The translations under genes were made by a program, and so were the position numbers. The notes under the pieces are model-generated. The model saw nothing but the letters and a program-made list of their open reading frames with translations. It did no database searches and was not told the DNA's origin. From an uncultured Clostridia bacterium (GTDB lineage: Bacteria; Bacillota; Clostridia; Christensenellales; UBA1242), in assembly GCA_947629745.1 (NCBI GenBank), contig CANREZ010000002.1:210-64209 (forward strand): a stretch of DNA of 64,000 nucleotides, given 5' to 3'. Position 1 is the first letter of the stretch; the number at the start of each line of letters is the position of its first letter. Shown in pieces: positions 22,963 through 34,030 of the stretch.

Positions 22963-24744
22963 TTACTTATTCTCAAATTGGCTACGATATAGGTCACTGT
23001 AGAAGCCACCTGCCGAGAGTAGCCCCGCATGTGTGCCTTGCTCTACAATATTGCCATCACGCAGCACGAGTATTAAGTCAGCGTTTTTGATAGTGGATAG
23101 TCTATGGGCTATGACAAAACTTGTGCGGCCCACGGTTAGTCTATCCATAGCCTCTTGGATAAGTTCCTCAGTTCGGGTATCCACGTTGCTTGTAGCCTCG
23201 TCTAGGATGAGCATTGGGCTATTTTGAACCATAGCACGCGCGATGGTGAGAAGTTGCTTTTGACCTTGGGAAATACTGCTATCCTCAGTTAGCTCCATGT
23301 TGTATCCACCAGGTAGGGACTTTATCATATGATCAATCTTTGCTTCCTTGCAGATATGTTCCAATTCCTTGTCGGATATCTCCTTGCCATAAGTGAGATT
23401 TTCCCTAATTGTGCCACGGAATAACCATGTGTCCTGCAGCACCATGCCAAATAGGTCACGCACTGTGCTGCGCTTCATGTCATATATGGATACGCCGTCC
23501 ACCCGTATATCTCCAGACTGTATGTCATAGAACCTCATAAGTAGGGATATTAGGGTGGTCTTGCCCGCACCAGTTGGACCAACGATGGCCACTTTTTGGC
23601 CTGGTGTTACCTTGGCGCTAAAGTCATGGATGATTGGCACATTCGGGTCATAACCAAATACCACGTGGTCAAACTCGACTGAGCCTTTTACATTCTCAAT
23701 AGTTGCAGTCTTGTCGTCCTCTGGGTCTTCCTCAGATGCTCCTAGGAAATCCATGATACGTTCATTTGCAGCCATGAGATTTTGCACACTAGCTGAGATA
23801 CTAGAAATATTGCTAAGTGGTTGGTTGAAGTTTCTAACCGATGTGATGAATACTTGCACGTCGCCGATGAGGAGCACTTTGTCTATCGCATAGAATGCTC
23901 CCATTAATGCACAGGTGATGTATGCGAGGTTGCCGACGAGACCAAATAACGGATTCATTATGCCGGAGTAAAATTGGCTCTTCCAAGCAGCGTTGTATAG
24001 TTCGTTATTGCTAGTATCGAAGTCCGACATAGTGCGAGGCTCTAGGTTGTAGGCCTTCACAATAGTGTGATTGGTGAATATTTCCTCGATTTTGCCATTG
24101 ACTGTGCCCAGTGCGTTTTGCTGGATTCTAAAATATTTCTGTGAGAATCTGACAACGAGTAGCACTATGAGTAGGCTTAGTGGAATGCAGCAGAATGTCA
24201 CAAAAGTCATAGGCACGTTGATGGTAAACATCAGCACGACGGCTGAAATGATCATGGTGATAGATTGGAACGTCTGGTTCACGACGGAGGAGAGGTTGTT
24301 TGCTGTGATATCCACGTCGTTTGTTATACGAGATAGAATATCTCCGAAACTCTCGTGGTCATAGAACGATAGAGGCAAGCGATTGATCTTCTCAGATATT
24401 TCCTTCCTTAGCCTATATGTGATATTCTGACTCACTATGGTCATAATGACAAAGGATGAATAGTTGAATACATAGTTTGTGATTAGGAACGATAGCGCAA
24501 TTAGAGCGTTCTTCGTAACTAAAGCGAAGTTGATAGCACGCTCATCGTCACTGGCTGTCTGCAATTCGTTGGTGATATCTCCTACGAGTCGTGTGGCTAA
24601 CATGAATAATACTGTTCCCACCACAATGAGGCAAACTGCTAGCAACACGGCCCATTTGTAGGCCTTTAAATACTTTAATAAGTCTCTAAAACTTTTCTTG
24701 AAATCTCTGGCCTTTGAGACCTGATTTACACGACCTCTAGGCAT
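22963..24744 (-). CDS. ABC exporter, fused permease/ATPase subunit (consensus NBD)
   Basis: Six-TM N-terminal half. Walker A GPTGAGKTT, signature ISQGQKQLL, Walker B MLILDEATS, H-loop IAHRLST. Confidence 0.9.
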   Translation of the reverse strand: MPRGRVNQVSKARDFKKSFRDLLKYLKAYKWAVLLAVCLIVVGTVLFMLATRLVGDITNELQTASDDERAINFALVTKNALIALSFLITNYVFNYSSFVIMTIVSQNITYRLRKEISEKINRLPLSFYDHESFGDILSRITNDVDITANNLSSVVNQTFQSITMIISAVVLMFTINVPMTFVTFCCIPLSLLIVLLVVRFSQKYFRIQQNALGTVNGKIEEIFTNHTIVKAYNLEPRTMSDFDTSNNELYNAAWKSQFYSGIMNPLFGLVGNLAYITCALMGAFYAIDKVLLIGDVQVFITSVRNFNQPLSNISSISASVQNLMAANERIMDFLGASEEDPEDDKTATIENVKGSVEFDHVVFGYDPNVPIIHDFSAKVTPGQKVAIVGPTGAGKTTLISLLMRFYDIQSGDIRVDGVSIYDMKRSTVRDLFGMVLQDTWLFRGTIRENLTYGKEISDKELEHICKEAKIDHMIKSLPGGYNMELTEDSSISQGQKQLLTIARAMVQNSPMLILDEATSNVDTRTEELIQEAMDRLTVGRTSFVIAHRLSTIKNADLILVLRDGNIVEQGTHAGLLSAGGFYSDLYRSQFENK

Positions 24745-26467
24745 TGTCCAGTTCCTCCTTTGATATCTGTGAATATGCTATTTGCTGATACACTGGGCAA
24801 TTCTTTAGCAATTCCTTGTGTGTGCCCATTCCCACTATCTTGCCATCATCTAGCACGACAATTCTATCACTATTCATGATAGTGCCGATCCTCTGGCCCA
24901 CAATTATTGTGGTGGTAGAGTCAAGCAGGGTGGATAGAGTAGACCTAAGTTCCTGGTCAGTCTTGAAGTCCAGTGCTGAGAAGGAATCGTCGAATATTAA
25001 TATCTCTGGTTTCTTAATTAGAGCACGGGCTATGGACAGCCTCTGTTTTTGCCCACCTGAGACATTGGTCGAGCCCTGGGATAGATTGTAGTCCAGTCCC
25101 TCATCAAGGGTCTCTACGAAGTCCTTTGCCTGTGCGATACGCAAAGCCTCCCACATATCCTCCTCGGTAGCATCAGGGTTGCCGTCTAGCAAATTTTCCC
25201 TAATCGAGCCACTGAATAGTAGGGTCTTTTGGCTAATATATCCTATTTTGTTCCTAAGTTCCTTTAGATTGTAATCCCGCACATCCATGCCGTCGACAAG
25301 AATTTTGCCCGTACTTACGTCAAAGAATCTTGGGATGAGGTTGATAAGTGTGCTTTTGCCCGAACCAGTTGAGCCGATGAATGCCCAAGTCTCGCCCGGC
25401 TTGATATCTAAGTTGATATTCTCTAACACATTTTCATCGCCATGAGGATAGGCAAATGACACGTCAGAGAATGTGATAGACCCATCAGCTACAGCTGGGG
25501 TCTTGCCTGTGCCAGATCTTATCTTCACCTGGGTTTGTAATACCTCATTAATACGGTTGGCGGAAACTAGCGCTCTTGGGATCATGACAAACACCATGGA
25601 TAGTGTGAGGAATGACATTAGGATATGCACACTGTACTGTGAGAATGTGGTGACTGTGCCGATATCTATCGTGTTGCGTGCGATTAGGTACGAACCAACC
25701 CAGACTATCACAAGGCTTAGTGTCTTATTTAGGAAGTTCATAGTAGGGAATAGTAGGTTCATGACATTCTCAACTACTTTTTGAGTATGGGTGAGAGACT
25801 TATTCGTGTTATCGAATTTCTCTTCCTCTTCATCCTCAGTATTGAACGCACGGATAACTCTAAGTCCAGTCAAATTCTCGCGCGCTAACATATTGATGTC
25901 GTCGGTGTATTTCTGGATGTGCTTAAATTTTGGCACAACGATGGTGACGCATGTGATGATGAGTGCTACTAAGACAAATAGTGCTATCATGGTGATGAGG
26001 GAGAGTTGCTTGTCACTCTGAAGGATCTTTAGTATAGCGCTGATTGCCATGAGTGGGGCGGTGACTAACATCCTAAGAGACATTGTGATAGTCATCTGCA
26101 CATTTTGTATATCGTTGGTGCAACGGGTAATAAGACTAGCAGTCGAGAAACCAGATATCTCATCCATGGAGAATTGCTGCACTTTTTCAAAAGTCTTGTG
26201 CCTTAGGGTCTTAGCAAAACCTGAGCCGATATGGGATGACAGGTAGTTTATGATGATAATGACAAAGACTTCGGATATAGCAAGGGCAAACATTATCCCG
26301 CCAGATTTCCAAATAACATCGCGTTGCCCATCGGTCACAGCATTGATTATTGTGCCTAGTTGACCAGGTATTGCCATAGTGATCTGGGTCTGCAAGAAAA
26401 TTAGGCCTAACATGACTATTAGCCCTATCCACTGCGCAAGCGAAAAATATTTTAGTAATTTCAGCAT
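24737..26467 (-). CDS. ABC exporter, fused permease/ATPase subunit (degenerate NBD partner)
   Basis: ORF track 24737..26557. ATG at 26467 follows AAGAGGAAAT. Walker A GSTGSGKST, signature VSGGQKQRL, Walker B ILIFDDSFS (Asp replaces the catalytic Glu, as in heterodimeric exporters of the LmrCD/TM287-288 type). It overlaps its partner by 8 nt. Confidence 0.88.
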   Translation of the reverse strand: MLKLLKYFSLAQWIGLIVMLGLIFLQTQITMAIPGQLGTIINAVTDGQRDVIWKSGGIMFALAISEVFVIIIINYLSSHIGSGFAKTLRHKTFEKVQQFSMDEISGFSTASLITRCTNDIQNVQMTITMSLRMLVTAPLMAISAILKILQSDKQLSLITMIALFVLVALIITCVTIVVPKFKHIQKYTDDINMLARENLTGLRVIRAFNTEDEEEEKFDNTNKSLTHTQKVVENVMNLLFPTMNFLNKTLSLVIVWVGSYLIARNTIDIGTVTTFSQYSVHILMSFLTLSMVFVMIPRALVSANRINEVLQTQVKIRSGTGKTPAVADGSITFSDVSFAYPHGDENVLENINLDIKPGETWAFIGSTGSGKSTLINLIPRFFDVSTGKILVDGMDVRDYNLKELRNKIGYISQKTLLFSGSIRENLLDGNPDATEEDMWEALRIAQAKDFVETLDEGLDYNLSQGSTNVSGGQKQRLSIARALIKKPEILIFDDSFSALDFKTDQELRSTLSTLLDSTTTIIVGQRIGTIMNSDRIVVLDDGKIVGMGTHKELLKNCPVYQQIAYSQISKEELDNA

Positions 26468-26624
26468 ATTTCCTCTTTTTAACTTCTTTAATATTATGAA
26501 TAATATTAAAATTTTGTGTAACACACCTAAATTACCACTAAATAGCAAGACTGTCAAACAATTGTTACGTTTAGTATAAAAATAGTTTAACTGCAGACAC
26601 TATAGATATAAATAGGAGGATATT

Positions 26625-26786
26625 ATGATAAAATTAGGCGCGGGCGAATATGCCCCATATACAGGCACATACAGTGTGGTGGATGCAAATGGCACAAGGC
26701 AGTACACTATAGAGGCTACTCGTGGAGAGAAGCTGCCGAATACATCAAATAGCACACTTCACTATGAATTTGACGAAAATAATTAA
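26625..26786 (+). CDS. Small protein (53 aa), YjzC-like
   Basis: Below the ORF-track cutoff. RBS AGGAGGATATT before the ATG. MIKLGAGEYAPYTGTYSVVDANGTRQYTIEATRGEKLPNTSNSTLHYEFDENN resembles the YjzC pattern G..AP..G.Y...G...L..G..(F/L)P.T.N. A terminator follows immediately. Confidence 0.6.
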   Translation: MIKLGAGEYAPYTGTYSVVDANGTRQYTIEATRGEKLPNTSNSTLHYEFDENN

Positions 26787-26789
26787 AAA

Positions 26790-26817
26790 TAGGCTACACG
26801 CGTAGCCTATTTTTTTT
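26790..26817 (+). terminator. Intrinsic terminator
   Basis: TAGGCTAC-ACGC-GTAGCCTA-TTTTTTTT. Confidence 0.85.
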
Positions 26818-26977
26818 GTGCGACAAAAATCTACTATTGCTATAACAAATGAATTATGATAGCCGTAAAGTCATTAGTGTATCCTATACTAACTCCATGT
26901 TACATAAATTATTTGTAACAGAATAGTTATCAGCAAATATTAGATAGTTAGTGACAAAAAGTTACGAATTATTGTCA

Positions 26978-27952
26978 TCAACTTTTCTTTTTCTTATCTA
27001 TTCTCCTATCTAGTCTTAAGTCATTGCTTTCCATGGACAGCATGATAGAATTTGACTTGTCATTTAGCCTTGAGAATATCCTCTCCTCGTAGGTATCCAG
27101 GATATATTCTGGATCGTAATTGGTATTGATTAGAGTGTGCTTGCCATTTGCCACACGATTGGTGAGGATGACATATAGATATTCCTTTGTCACATTCTTC
27201 ATCTTTGGCTCGGAGCCTAAGTCATCGATAATTAGCAAGTCACAGTCAAAGTATGGGGCAAGGTATTGCTCCTTATCCTGGATGAGTGCGCAGTGATAAT
27301 TTAGCATAGCTTTGTTTAGATCAACTGCGGTGGTAAAGACTGTGTATATTCCCTTGGATATAGCGTATTTCATGGTAGTGAGGCACAAGTTTGTCTTGCC
27401 CACTCCGGTGTAGCCGGATATGGTGATATTTAGGCGTTTCGTGTTATCGAATTCGTCTATATAGCGCTTTAGTAGGTCATACAGTGCCATGATATTGAGC
27501 CTATATTCTTCCTTGTAAATGCTATAGTCCACTTCCTCAAATGGCTTCACTTCAAGCAAGGCTTGCTTTGAGATATTGCAATTAGCAAGTAATATATTAG
27601 ATAATTCCCTATTGAAGCACTCGCACCTTTCATCCCCATTGTATCCAGTATCCTGACATATAGGGCAGGAAAATTGTGGCACGAGGTCGGATACTTTGTA
27701 TCCCATGCGATTGATATTTTTCTTTAGTTCAGCCTTTGCGGACTTGATATCTTTTTCAATTTTCTTGGTGTCAACACCTACTAATTCGGCCTTGGCAACT
27801 TCTAGTTCCAGGGATCTAATTTTGTAGTATAAGTCATGACAAATTTTGTCAGACAACACATAATCTAGGTTCACACGCGCGGTGAATATTTCCTGATTTC
27901 TCCTGCGATTGATTATATCCATGGCTTGGCGTTTTAGGTCACTTGTCATCAT
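26978..27952 (-). CDS. dnaI: Primosomal helicase loader DnaI
   Basis: N-terminal Zn-binding CPICQDTGY...CECF. AAA+ Walker A GYTGVGKTN, Walker B LLIIDDLG. ATGA overlap with the upstream dnaB-like gene. Confidence 0.85.
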   Translation of the reverse strand: MMTSDLKRQAMDIINRRRNQEIFTARVNLDYVLSDKICHDLYYKIRSLELEVAKAELVGVDTKKIEKDIKSAKAELKKNINRMGYKVSDLVPQFSCPICQDTGYNGDERCECFNRELSNILLANCNISKQALLEVKPFEEVDYSIYKEEYRLNIMALYDLLKRYIDEFDNTKRLNITISGYTGVGKTNLCLTTMKYAISKGIYTVFTTAVDLNKAMLNYHCALIQDKEQYLAPYFDCDLLIIDDLGSEPKMKNVTKEYLYVILTNRVANGKHTLINTNYDPEYILDTYEERIFSRLNDKSNSIMLSMESNDLRLDRRIDKKKKS

Positions 27953-29373
27953 AATTCCACCGTCCTTATATCGTCAAATAGACTGGATATATCTTCTTTT
28001 TTGTAATTGCGTTTCTTCATCGTGTCGTGACTCTTTGTGTTATTTGAGTCAAAATTCATCTTCTTGGCCTCGTCTACACTTGTAATATTGCTAGAATGTA
28101 AGCTTGATAACACTTTGTGCAGATATATCATAGGATTGGACTTGCCAGCAGATTTTTCTATTGCAAAGGATAATAGCTCGTCTGATATATTCCACTTTTG
28201 CCACAGACTATATTTATCTCGGTCGTCTTGGGTGACATTCCTACTAGAGCCAAGGGATTCTAGGATATTTTTGATTTTGTTATCTATTTCCTTGAGCTCC
28301 TCAATATATTCGTGAATACTGCCGATATCGATCCTTCCCATTTGATAGAATTTCTCAACTAGGGCATCTAGCCTATCTAGTGTCCTAATAGAGCGGAGGA
28401 AGCAGTAATCGGCGAGTTCCACTAGCGTGTCCTTGTCATAACCTTTTCTCGTCCAATCGGTCACGTACTTGTCTACAATGTTTTCCAGATTATCATAGTA
28501 TAGACCCATGTGTTTGCACACAGATTTTGCTATATCGTAGTATTTCTCGGAACTATCGAAGTATGCCTCCACGTCATTTGCGTTCTCGCATCTTGCCTCA
28601 TAGCACTTTAGCACCAAGGCATTTAGTCTATTCATACCGCCAGTCTTCACGTGGTCTGCAATTGAGAGGATAGTGTCAAGTGATAGGTCAAATTTCTTCG
28701 TCCAATCTAGATACATATTGTAGTCGTCGGGAGTGATTGCACGCTTTAATTTTAACACTTTGAATAACTTTTGCATCTCAAGGGTGGATGCTTCCTGATC
28801 ATGGAGTCTATCCTCCACACTCTTCTCATCGAGGAGTCCATTTGAGATGAAGTCGCGCACGACTGTGCTGATGTATGGATAATTGACCTTATTGCCCTTT
28901 AGGTTAGCGCAGTATTTGATAATCAGCACTAGGGCGGTCTCGGATAGGCCTTTTGACCCTATCAGATAGTAATATTCGTTAAATTCGTTAGGAGTAATTT
29001 GTCTGCCGGATAATATCTCCTGCACTTCGAGGTTAAAGGCTTGGAATTTTGACGAATTGTATTTCTTGTAGGCGTGGCTAGCAAATTTCGTTGGCAAATA
29101 TCTCACTTCAAAATCATTTGATGAAAGGATCTGAAGTGCGCCTAGTTCCTGCCAATATATGAATGCACTCTCTATGTCGCTGACAGGGGCATTTAGCGCA
29201 ATGGACATATCCTCAATGCTAAACGATCCGTTGTTTCCGCAAAGATATAGGCCGTACAAATATACTTTCACGCAAAAATCTGGGGCTGCGGGTAACAATT
29301 CGGATACAAATTCGTTGTCAACCTCAATGTGTGATGAGCGGACATATTCTGTGGAAAATTTACAAAAAGCCAT
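27949..29373 (-). CDS. dnaB: Replication initiation/membrane attachment protein (Firmicute DnaB, DnaD-domain family)
   Basis: 474 aa, translationally coupled to dnaI as in the Bacillus dnaB-dnaI operon. The assignment rests mainly on synteny and size. Confidence 0.6.
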   Translation of the reverse strand: MAFCKFSTEYVRSSHIEVDNEFVSELLPAAPDFCVKVYLYGLYLCGNNGSFSIEDMSIALNAPVSDIESAFIYWQELGALQILSSNDFEVRYLPTKFASHAYKKYNSSKFQAFNLEVQEILSGRQITPNEFNEYYYLIGSKGLSETALVLIIKYCANLKGNKVNYPYISTVVRDFISNGLLDEKSVEDRLHDQEASTLEMQKLFKVLKLKRAITPDDYNMYLDWTKKFDLSLDTILSIADHVKTGGMNRLNALVLKCYEARCENANDVEAYFDSSEKYYDIAKSVCKHMGLYYDNLENIVDKYVTDWTRKGYDKDTLVELADYCFLRSIRTLDRLDALVEKFYQMGRIDIGSIHEYIEELKEIDNKIKNILESLGSSRNVTQDDRDKYSLWQKWNISDELLSFAIEKSAGKSNPMIYLHKVLSSLHSSNITSVDEAKKMNFDSNNTKSHDTMKKRNYKKEDISSLFDDIRTVEL

Positions 29374-29520
29374 ACTCCCTCCATGTTTTACTCATTATAC
29401 AATAAATTTAGTCTAAAAAGCAATAAGACGACCATGACTAGGGAAAAAACTTTTTTTATAGATTAGTTGGTCTAAAATCTACTCGTGCTCTCATAAAATA
29501 GTGATGTAGGAGAGTAATTT

Positions 29521-31020
29521 ATGAGAAAGTTAAGAAATTATTGTCTAGCACTAGCCCTAGTAGTCCTATCTATGTTGACACTTGCAGGGTGCAACAAGCT
29601 TGAGGGAATCGACAAAGTAGCGAAGGACCTTGATACATATTCTATCACCGCGAATGTCGATGTAGAAAATATGACTATGACGTGCAGGCAAGTGCTAAAT
29701 TATACCAATAGATACGATACTATCATTGAAGACCTGGACTTCCACCTATATCCACGTGCATTTAGCGAAGGGATTGTGAATAAGCCAGTGAATGAATTAG
29801 ATAAGAATAATGCTTATCCAAATGGTGTGGACTATGGAGATATAGTGATCACCGAGATAAAATACAATGGAGAGGTGGTGGATGCTATATACGAGGGGCA
29901 GGACTCGGATATCCTAGTCATTGACACTACGCTAAATCCATATGATACAGCGACCGTGGAGATGGCATTTGAGATAGATATCCCAAATATAATCCACCGA
30001 TTTGGCTATGGGAATAACACTATAAACCTTGGCAATTTCTATCCAATACTCTGCGTGTACGAGGACGGTGCATACAATACTAGCCCATATGCAGCCAATG
30101 GTGACCCATTCTATAGCAACGTAGCAAATTATGATGTGACTATCACATACGATAGCGATTACACTCTAGCGCACACTGGTTATGTGGTGGACTCCTCAAC
30201 TGATGGGGAAGTAACCACGACAAATATCGCTGCCAAGGCCGTGCGTGACTTTGCGTTCGTACTATCCGACAAATTCGAAATAGTGAACGCTAGTGTAGAC
30301 GGTGTGGATGTTAGATATATGTACTACGAGCAAGATAATCCCGAAGTGTACTTGCAGACCGCAGTGGACGCTATATCTACATTCAATAAATTATTTGGAC
30401 CATATCCATACAGCACACTCGATGTGGTAAAGACCAATTTCATCGAAGGCGGCATGGAGTATCCAAATTTAGTCTACATATCCGACGCAGTAGAGGGAGT
30501 GGAAGATTACAATAATACTATAATCCACGAGATAGCACATCAATGGTGGTATGGAGTTGTTGGCAACAACGAATATGTAGCAAGTTTCCTAGACGAGGGG
30601 TTGACTGATTATAGTTGTGCGCTATTCTACGAAGCAAACCCTAGTTACGGCGTAGACTATAGCACGCTAATATCCACCACACGTGATAGATATATTACAT
30701 TCGTAGACTTCTACAAAGATACGTTTGGCGATATAGATACTAGCATGGATAGAGCGCTAAATGAGTATGGTTCGGAATACGAGTATGTATATTGCACTTA
30801 TGTCAAAGGAGCATTATTTTTTGACAGCTTAAGAGAACTTATTGGCAATAACAAGTTTATGAAAGGACTACAGAGATACTATGTAGACAATGCATATAGC
30901 ATCGCTACAGTGTCGGACTTACTTAACGCAATGGAGAGGGAATCAAGGTGTGACCTAGGCTCATTCTTTGACTGCTGGATAGAGGGCAAAGTGGAGATAT
31001 TTGACCTATCCAAAAACTAA
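29521..31020 (+). CDS. M1-family zinc metallopeptidase lipoprotein
   Basis: Lipobox LTLAGC. HEIAHQWWYG followed by a distal E in LDEGLTDY (HExxH-x18-E). Confidence 0.85.
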   Translation: MRKLRNYCLALALVVLSMLTLAGCNKLEGIDKVAKDLDTYSITANVDVENMTMTCRQVLNYTNRYDTIIEDLDFHLYPRAFSEGIVNKPVNELDKNNAYPNGVDYGDIVITEIKYNGEVVDAIYEGQDSDILVIDTTLNPYDTATVEMAFEIDIPNIIHRFGYGNNTINLGNFYPILCVYEDGAYNTSPYAANGDPFYSNVANYDVTITYDSDYTLAHTGYVVDSSTDGEVTTTNIAAKAVRDFAFVLSDKFEIVNASVDGVDVRYMYYEQDNPEVYLQTAVDAISTFNKLFGPYPYSTLDVVKTNFIEGGMEYPNLVYISDAVEGVEDYNNTIIHEIAHQWWYGVVGNNEYVASFLDEGLTDYSCALFYEANPSYGVDYSTLISTTRDRYITFVDFYKDTFGDIDTSMDRALNEYGSEYEYVYCTYVKGALFFDSLRELIGNNKFMKGLQRYYVDNAYSIATVSDLLNAMERESRCDLGSFFDCWIEGKVEIFDLSKN

Positions 31021-31089
31021 CAATTACCATAAAATAACTTTTGTAAAAAACTGTCAGTCTATGATATAATACGTCTAGCGGAAGGTATT

Positions 31090-31878
31090 ATGAAAGTTTG
31101 TATGTTAGCTAGTTCCTCAAAAGGCAATTGCACGGTAGTGTGGAACGATCGTTATGCGATTCTCATCGACTGCGGCATTGCTATGCGTGATGTAGAGGAG
31201 AGACTGAATATTCTAGGCATTGACCCAAAGATGGTGGTAGCCATACTCGTCACTCACGAGCATAGTGACCATATCAAGGGGATATCGTCATTTGTGAGAA
31301 AATATAGGCCAAAGGTGTATATCCATGCAGACGGCGTGGATGCCACTATTCCAAAAATTGGCAAGATTGACACAAATCTTGTTGTTGAGTATTTCTCCGA
31401 CTTTGCACTATACGACTTTGATATTCATCCATTCAAGATTCCACATGATGCATCAAACTGTGTGGGTTACACTATCCGCGAATTTGATAGGCAGATAAGT
31501 ATTTTGACCGATATTGGTTATACTACTAGTGACATTTTATCCAATGTCTATGGTAGTACATTAGTAATCCTTGAGGCCAACTACGACGAGAAGATGCTAA
31601 GGGTATCGACTAAGTATCCAATGGCGCTAAAGAGTAGGATTAGTGGCAAGTTTGGGCACCTATCTAATAAAGATAGTGCGGACGCTATATGTGACCTTGC
31701 ATGCCATGGGGTGAAGCAGATACTTCTTGCCCACCTTAGTGAGGAGAATAATACTCCCGACCTATGCTACGATAGCGTGTGCGAGATGGTTAGGTCCCAA
31801 GGCGTGATCCCAGGGGAAAATATAATGATAGACGTAGCCCCGGCTCATAGGATTAGCACTATATTTTCACTTAAATAA
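31090..31878 (+). CDS. yycJ: MBL-fold metallo-hydrolase (YycJ/WalJ-like)
   Basis: VTHEHSDHIKG motif. Followed by an htrA-like gene, as in yycJ-yycK of Bacillus. Confidence 0.8.
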   Translation: MKVCMLASSSKGNCTVVWNDRYAILIDCGIAMRDVEERLNILGIDPKMVVAILVTHEHSDHIKGISSFVRKYRPKVYIHADGVDATIPKIGKIDTNLVVEYFSDFALYDFDIHPFKIPHDASNCVGYTIREFDRQISILTDIGYTTSDILSNVYGSTLVILEANYDEKMLRVSTKYPMALKSRISGKFGHLSNKDSADAICDLACHGVKQILLAHLSEENNTPDLCYDSVCEMVRSQGVIPGENIMIDVAPAHRISTIFSLK

Positions 31879-31904
31879 ATTTTTGCTACCATAAAGGAGA
31901 TAAC

Positions 31905-32900
31905 GTGAAACGTTTTGTGGTAGCAATTTTTTTATCCAGCATTGCTTTATTTGGTTGTGGGGCAAAATCCGCCTACAAGGTCGAGCCTATCAATATCTTA
32001 AGTGAGATAGGCGATTTTAGCACAGTTGCAAATATGGTGAGACCAGCCGTAGTGACCATCTATTCTAGGACAAATGCGACTGAGAGCCTGGGCAGTGGCG
32101 TGTGCATATCTGATAGTGGGCATATTGTGACAAATAGTCATGTGGTGCTTCCTGGTGGGAGCAACTACGTCTACACCCTTGATGGAGGTGAATATTATGC
32201 TAATATGTGCTATAGAGATGAGAGTCGTGATATAGCGATAATCAAAGTTTCCGCACCTATCCCATATCTAGAGATTGCAAGTGATTATAGCGTGGGTGAG
32301 GCAGTGCTTGCTATTGGCACACCACTAAGCTATGACTTCAAGGGCACAGTGACCAGTGGCATTATCAGTGCGACCGATAGAGTGATAGAAGTGGAGGGAG
32401 ATAATGGACCAAGCTATATGCAAGGGCTAATCCAACATGACGCCAGTATTAACCCCGGCAATAGCGGAGGCGCGCTAATCAATAGCCGCGGTCAACTGAT
32501 TGGTATCAATACGCTAAAAGTCTCAACCTATGAGGGTCTAGGTTTTGCTATCCCTGCCAAGTCAATTACAGGCGCTGTATCTAGGCTATCTAGCAGTGAC
32601 ACAATCGATGTGCCTGAGATTGGGATACTGGGATTTTCGGTAGACGTAGCACGAGCAAATGGAGCAGATGTGTCATGTGATAGAGGGCTGTATATCGCAA
32701 GTGTCAAGGAAGACAGTGCTGCTATGAGATCGGGCCTTAGAGTGGGAGATTGCATCAAGACTATATCGGGCAAGAATATAGACAGCGAAGCAGACCTAAT
32801 GAATCTATTATATGAAACAAATGCGGGTGACACACTAACGATAATTTATAGCCGTGCGGGGCGTGACAAATCTACTATTTGTTGCCCAACGAAGAAGTAA
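31905..32900 (+). CDS. htrA: Trypsin-like serine protease HtrA/DegP family with PDZ domain (lipoprotein)
   Basis: GTG start after AAGGAG. Lipobox LFGC. Catalytic triad contexts VTNSHVV, RDIAIIKV and GNSGGAL. C-terminal PDZ-like GLRVGDCIKTISG. Confidence 0.88.
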   Translation: MKRFVVAIFLSSIALFGCGAKSAYKVEPINILSEIGDFSTVANMVRPAVVTIYSRTNATESLGSGVCISDSGHIVTNSHVVLPGGSNYVYTLDGGEYYANMCYRDESRDIAIIKVSAPIPYLEIASDYSVGEAVLAIGTPLSYDFKGTVTSGIISATDRVIEVEGDNGPSYMQGLIQHDASINPGNSGGALINSRGQLIGINTLKVSTYEGLGFAIPAKSITGAVSRLSSSDTIDVPEIGILGFSVDVARANGADVSCDRGLYIASVKEDSAAMRSGLRVGDCIKTISGKNIDSEADLMNLLYETNAGDTLTIIYSRAGRDKSTICCPTKK

Positions 32901-32968
32901 TAGTATAATATTCTACAAAATCTATGTTTAACACTACAATTGTAGTGTTATTCTTTTTGCGTTATTAG

Positions 32969-34030
32969 GTGGACAATAATTACTTTATAATATATAATAT
33001 AATTAGAAAAATTATGAAGAATAACGAGATAGGCAAGATTAATGATAATGTTTTTCGTTCGCGCTACAATGTAATTGATAGCGTGAAGACTTTTTTTTAC
33101 TCACTAATTATTCCTGAAGTTGTCATATTCGTTGCATCAATCCTTGGATTAGTCATAGTGAGACTATCAGGTGGCAGCGATGCTACTATTTCGGGCAATG
33201 TGCCTTTCCTAATATTCCTAAATGTGATTGGCAATCTAGCACTATTAGTGTACTTCGTCGTATACGTTAGACACAATAAGATTAATGCCCTTGCAGCGAC
33301 TAAGATCTCTAGGCCAAAGACAGTAAATATCATCCTTGCAGTAGGCATTGGTATTGCTGCATTCGCCGGAGCGTATTTATTTGTAAATTATCTATCCTAT
33401 CTATTTGGCGAGTGGTTCAATTATCACCCATCGAATGAATTTAGCTTGTCTCCAACAAGTGTTGGCTCATATATTGGTGGGCTATTTGCACTAGTAGTAG
33501 TGCCAGTATTTGTGGAGGAGATAATTTATCGCGGAGTAGTATTCGTAGGCCTTACTGAGAAATTTAATGCTATTACTAGCATACTTCTATCATCCTTCAT
33601 ATTCATGATCATTCACAATAATCTCAATCAGACAGTTTATCAATTCTTATTGGGATTAGTCATAACCATCGTCGTGTACTACACAGGGAATCTCGTGTAT
33701 GGCATGGTGATACATTTTACGAATAATTTTATTTCGCTAACTTGCGACTTTATCCTAAATATGACAGGCACTAAGGAAAAGTTTGTGTTAAACTTCACGG
33801 ACTGGAAGATAGTGCTTATCGCCTTTGGTGCACTGATTGTGGGGGCAGGGATTGTGGCATTGCTAGTGTATGTAGTAAAGAGACTAAATGCAGAGGATAA
33901 ATTAGTTGCATCAGAGAGGAATATGCGCTTGTCCAAGACCGAGATAATATACCTTGTAATAGCCGTCACTCTTGCAGTCATTCTCTGGATAGTGGGGACA
34001 ATATCCTCGGCAGGAGGTGGCAATGGATAG
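32969..34030 (+). CDS. CPBP-family intramembrane glutamic endopeptidase (Abi/CAAX protease-like)
   Basis: EEIIYRG, FIFMIIHNN and VIHFTNNF motifs. The start codon is uncertain (GTG at 32969 or ATG at 33014). Confidence 0.8.
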   Translation: MDNNYFIIYNIIRKIMKNNEIGKINDNVFRSRYNVIDSVKTFFYSLIIPEVVIFVASILGLVIVRLSGGSDATISGNVPFLIFLNVIGNLALLVYFVVYVRHNKINALAATKISRPKTVNIILAVGIGIAAFAGAYLFVNYLSYLFGEWFNYHPSNEFSLSPTSVGSYIGGLFALVVVPVFVEEIIYRGVVFVGLTEKFNAITSILLSSFIFMIIHNNLNQTVYQFLLGLVITIVVYYTGNLVYGMVIHFTNNFISLTCDFILNMTGTKEKFVLNFTDWKIVLIAFGALIVGAGIVALLVYVVKRLNAEDKLVASERNMRLSKTEIIYLVIAVTLAVILWIVGTISSAGGGNG